64,000 nucleotides of DNA from Spirochaetia bacterium (GTDB lineage: Bacteria; Spirochaetota; Spirochaetia; CADAEX01), in NCBI GenBank assembly GCA_045606105.1, contig JAZURI010000011.1, forward strand, positions 32,001-96,000, read 5' to 3'. The translations under genes and the position numbers were made by a program. Shown piece after piece: positions 61,643 to 64,000 of this stretch. Each line of letters opens with the position of its first letter. The first letter of the stretch is position 1. The notes under the pieces are model-generated. The model had not been told where the DNA came from, did no database searches, and worked only from the letters and a program-made list of their open reading frames with translations.

Positions 61643-61701
61643 GCCCTTTATAAAGGACGAAAGCGCATTTCTGCTTCAAGATAAGAAAAAAAAGTCAGAA
61701 A

Positions 61702-64000
61702 TCAGTCTGCACGAGGCCCGGCAACAAACTCGTATTCGTTTGCACTTGAATAGAAGATGTCATTGAGCGTATCGTACATACCCACCTTTCCGTCAGACAG
61801 CCTTCTGCAAGGATACAGGTCTCCGATCAGCGTATGGTCATGGTGCAGCTGCAGGTAATACAGCTTTCCGTGAGCCGATTCCGGAGTTGAGTTGTCCCTG
61901 AATACAAGAAGTACGTCATCGTTGAACGATCCTACCGGTGACACATCAATGTTGAATGCATTGGACTCATTTTCGGCATTGATTACACCGAATCCGTGAT
62001 AACGGCACAGATGCATCTTGCAAGGACCCTGGTCAAACCTTACCTCAAGACCCTGGTATGTTGTAGGTCCGTAATCAGCCTCAAAGATACGGAGAATACT
62101 GTTTCCGCGGAGTCTGAGGTCCGAGCTTCCGAATATGGTTCTGGAGTGATGTCCGCCGTACCAGAACTTGATATCCACTCCTGTCTTTTCGTTAGGAGTA
62201 TACGGAATGATAAAGTACGCATCATTTCCGTCCACGTTCTCGATATATTCCAGCCTCTCGTACCAAAGGGCATAGATGGTTGTGTTGCTGTTGATCACTT
62301 CGGTATTGAAGTCAAACTTTTCTGTCTTGGCCGGGTTCTTGTACCAGCCGGCAAAGATATATCCTGATTTAACCGGGTCTGTCGGAACAGGAGCCGATTC
62401 ACCTTCCAATACATTGATTGAAGAAGGATTAAGTGTACCACCGTCGGTATCATAGGTAACTTTATAGACACTACTGCTGCTGGACCATTCGCCGTAAAGG
62501 GTCATATCCTGGGTTACAGGCTGAGTGAAATCCCATTTATTATTCCAATCAAACAATGCACCAAGGGCAGATCCGTACCAGCCTCTGAAAGCCTTGCCTG
62601 CCTCCAGGCTGACCTTAGGAATCTCCAGATAACCTCCCGTAGGAACAATCTGTGTATCTACCGTTGTTGTAGAAAGTGACCATCCGCTGTCCCTGATTAC
62701 AAATGAAACTGTACATGTTGTATCATTTCCGTCGTCAACGCTGCCACCAAAGATACTTGTAGGAACAGCAATCCACTGCGCATAGTATGTGGTATTCTCT
62801 GTCAGTGCAGTATGTTCATGAACTCTGGTTCCGCCGTTTACTTCAGTACCCCATCCGTTGAGTACGAAGGTAACCCACCTGAGGCCTGCGGCATTTACCG
62901 TTGCTTCAGGAAGCAGTCCGATATGGTCTCCCTTGTATCCGCTTACAGTTGCAGGTGTAACATTTGTAGTATATGTGTTACCGTTATAGGAAGGCCTGTT
63001 TCCGTCAAATGTTACTGTAATCCATTCCCTGTGGGCATAGAGATTCATGTCTTCGGTAAAAGGCTCCATGGAAGTGAATCTTGTACCGCCGCCTCCGTTA
63101 CCGTCTTCAGGTGCTGTATACCAGTATCCGTCCGAAAGTTCTCCCAGAGGAGGAAGGTCTGTCTGATCGGAAACTCCGCTGTAGGTCCTGAAACGCTGAG
63201 GTGTAGGATTATTGAAATAATAGAGGTTTATTTCTATGGCATCAGCTATTTTCAGATAGCATACGGCCGGAGATACCGTATCTCCGTCCACGATACATTT
63301 TATTTCAAAGTTTCCGTATTCGTCCGCTTCATAGAGAAAGTTCCTGTTTGATCCGAACTGTACCAGAACTTCGTCCACATACCAGTCAAAATTTTCTCCC
63401 TGGCTTCCGCAGAGCAGACTGATTATTTCATCAAGGTCATTCTCCATGACTGTGGTTTTGCCCTTGAGCAGGAGGTTCCCCGAAGTAAACTCACCGGAAA
63501 CCACGGCCTGATGATCCTCAAGCACCTCTACGGTGATTACCTCTCCGTAGTGATATCCCACATATTCATCCCCGAATGTGAATGCCAGAGTATAGAATCC
63601 CACTTCAAGATCGTCAAGTGTTCCTGTAAACCTGAGAATTCCGTCGCTTCTGGTCATTGCAAAATCGGTGAAGAACTGTGTTTTTTCTCCCACAAGGGTA
63701 TAGTTTACCGTAAGGTGTCCCCCCTGGCTTGAGACCTGAGGAATAGTAACATCCATACGGATGGAGCCGGTTCCCATAGAGAGTTCCAGATCCACATCCA
63801 CAAAATTGATTCCCATATTGATGTAGGTCTCGCACTCACCATACATCAGTATATGGTCACTGCTGTCAAAGGCTGCAACGGTAAAATGCCATAATCCCTG
63901 GGAAAGTCCCACGGCATCCCCTATTGTAAAAGGCTGCCATTCGCGTACGGTACCGAAAGGAGTCAGCCCCGAGTCAAGCTCGAACAGAGGTTCTGCCTTA
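61702..64000 (-). CDS. Large surface protein with InlB B-repeat (Listeria/Bacteroides-type) domains; 5' end outside the window
   Basis: Frame is open from 63999; repeats such as VTYDTDGG..P..SGYIFAGWY..FDF..I..NTTIYALW and FRGWY..WDF..PVTQDMTLYGEW. Confidence 0.8.
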   Translation of the reverse strand, partial: KAEPLFELDSGLTPFGTVREWQPFTIGDAVGLSQGLWHFTVAAFDSSDHILMYGECETYINMGINFVDVDLELSMGTGSIRMDVTIPQVSSQGGHLTVNYTLVGEKTQFFTDFAMTRSDGILRFTGTLDDLEVGFYTLAFTFGDEYVGYHYGEVITVEVLEDHQAVVSGEFTSGNLLLKGKTTVMENDLDEIISLLCGSQGENFDWYVDEVLVQFGSNRNFLYEADEYGNFEIKCIVDGDTVSPAVCYLKIADAIEINLYYFNNPTPQRFRTYSGVSDQTDLPPLGELSDGYWYTAPEDGNGGGGTRFTSMEPFTEDMNLYAHREWITVTFDGNRPSYNGNTYTTNVTPATVSGYKGDHIGLLPEATVNAAGLRWVTFVLNGWGTEVNGGTRVHEHTALTENTTYYAQWIAVPTSIFGGSVDDGNDTTCTVSFVIRDSGWSLSTTTVDTQIVPTGGYLEIPKVSLEAGKAFRGWYGSALGALFDWNNKWDFTQPVTQDMTLYGEWSSSSSVYKVTYDTDGGTLNPSSINVLEGESAPVPTDPVKSGYIFAGWYKNPAKTEKFDFNTEVINSNTTIYALWYERLEYIENVDGNDAYFIIPYTPNEKTGVDIKFWYGGHHSRTIFGSSDLRLRGNSILRIFEADYGPTTYQGLEVRFDQGPCKMHLCRYHGFGVINAENESNAFNIDVSPVGSFNDDVLLVFRDNSTPESAHGKLYYLQLHHDHTLIGDLYPCRRLSDGKVGMYDTLNDIFYSSANEYEFVAGPRAD

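Noticed and set aside
1-64000. CRISPR arrays, tRNA/rRNA, IS elements, integrases, prophage or known defence operons
   Set aside because: Intergenic gaps are all short and I found no repeat-spacer pattern, tRNA motifs or transposase/integrase ORFs by eye.

Overview
Gene-dense bacterial chromosomal window, probably from an anaerobic spirochaete. This is inferred from gene order (rsmG-mnmG-mnmE, rsmA-comEC) and spirochaete-like coiled-coil and outer-membrane proteins. About 55 CDS, mostly housekeeping: paaK (partial), an FMN-riboswitch-controlled ribD-ribE-ribBA-ribH operon, a membrane pyrophosphatase, a small alarmone synthetase, xseAB, grpE-dnaK-dnaJ, a Na+-pumping acyl-CoA decarboxylase operon (mmdA-D-C-B), mnmE/mnmG/rsmG, pcnB, typA, glnA, clpB, trxB, cysE, superoxide reductase, transporters, an AT-rich Fic gene, gpmI, rsmA, comEC and a partial B-repeat surface protein. 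No rRNA, tRNA, CRISPR array or transposase was seen. The most striking signal is a copper P1B-ATPase gene split by a -1 frameshift. The zero frame makes a free 77-aa CopZ-like domain, while the full transporter needs a shift at an A10 run ending in A_AAA_AAG. That run is followed directly by a 14-bp hairpin and a U-tract, which suggests programmed recoding, possibly coupled to transcription termination. Many genes also appear leaderless, with a -10 box 5-8 nt before the ATG and no SD.
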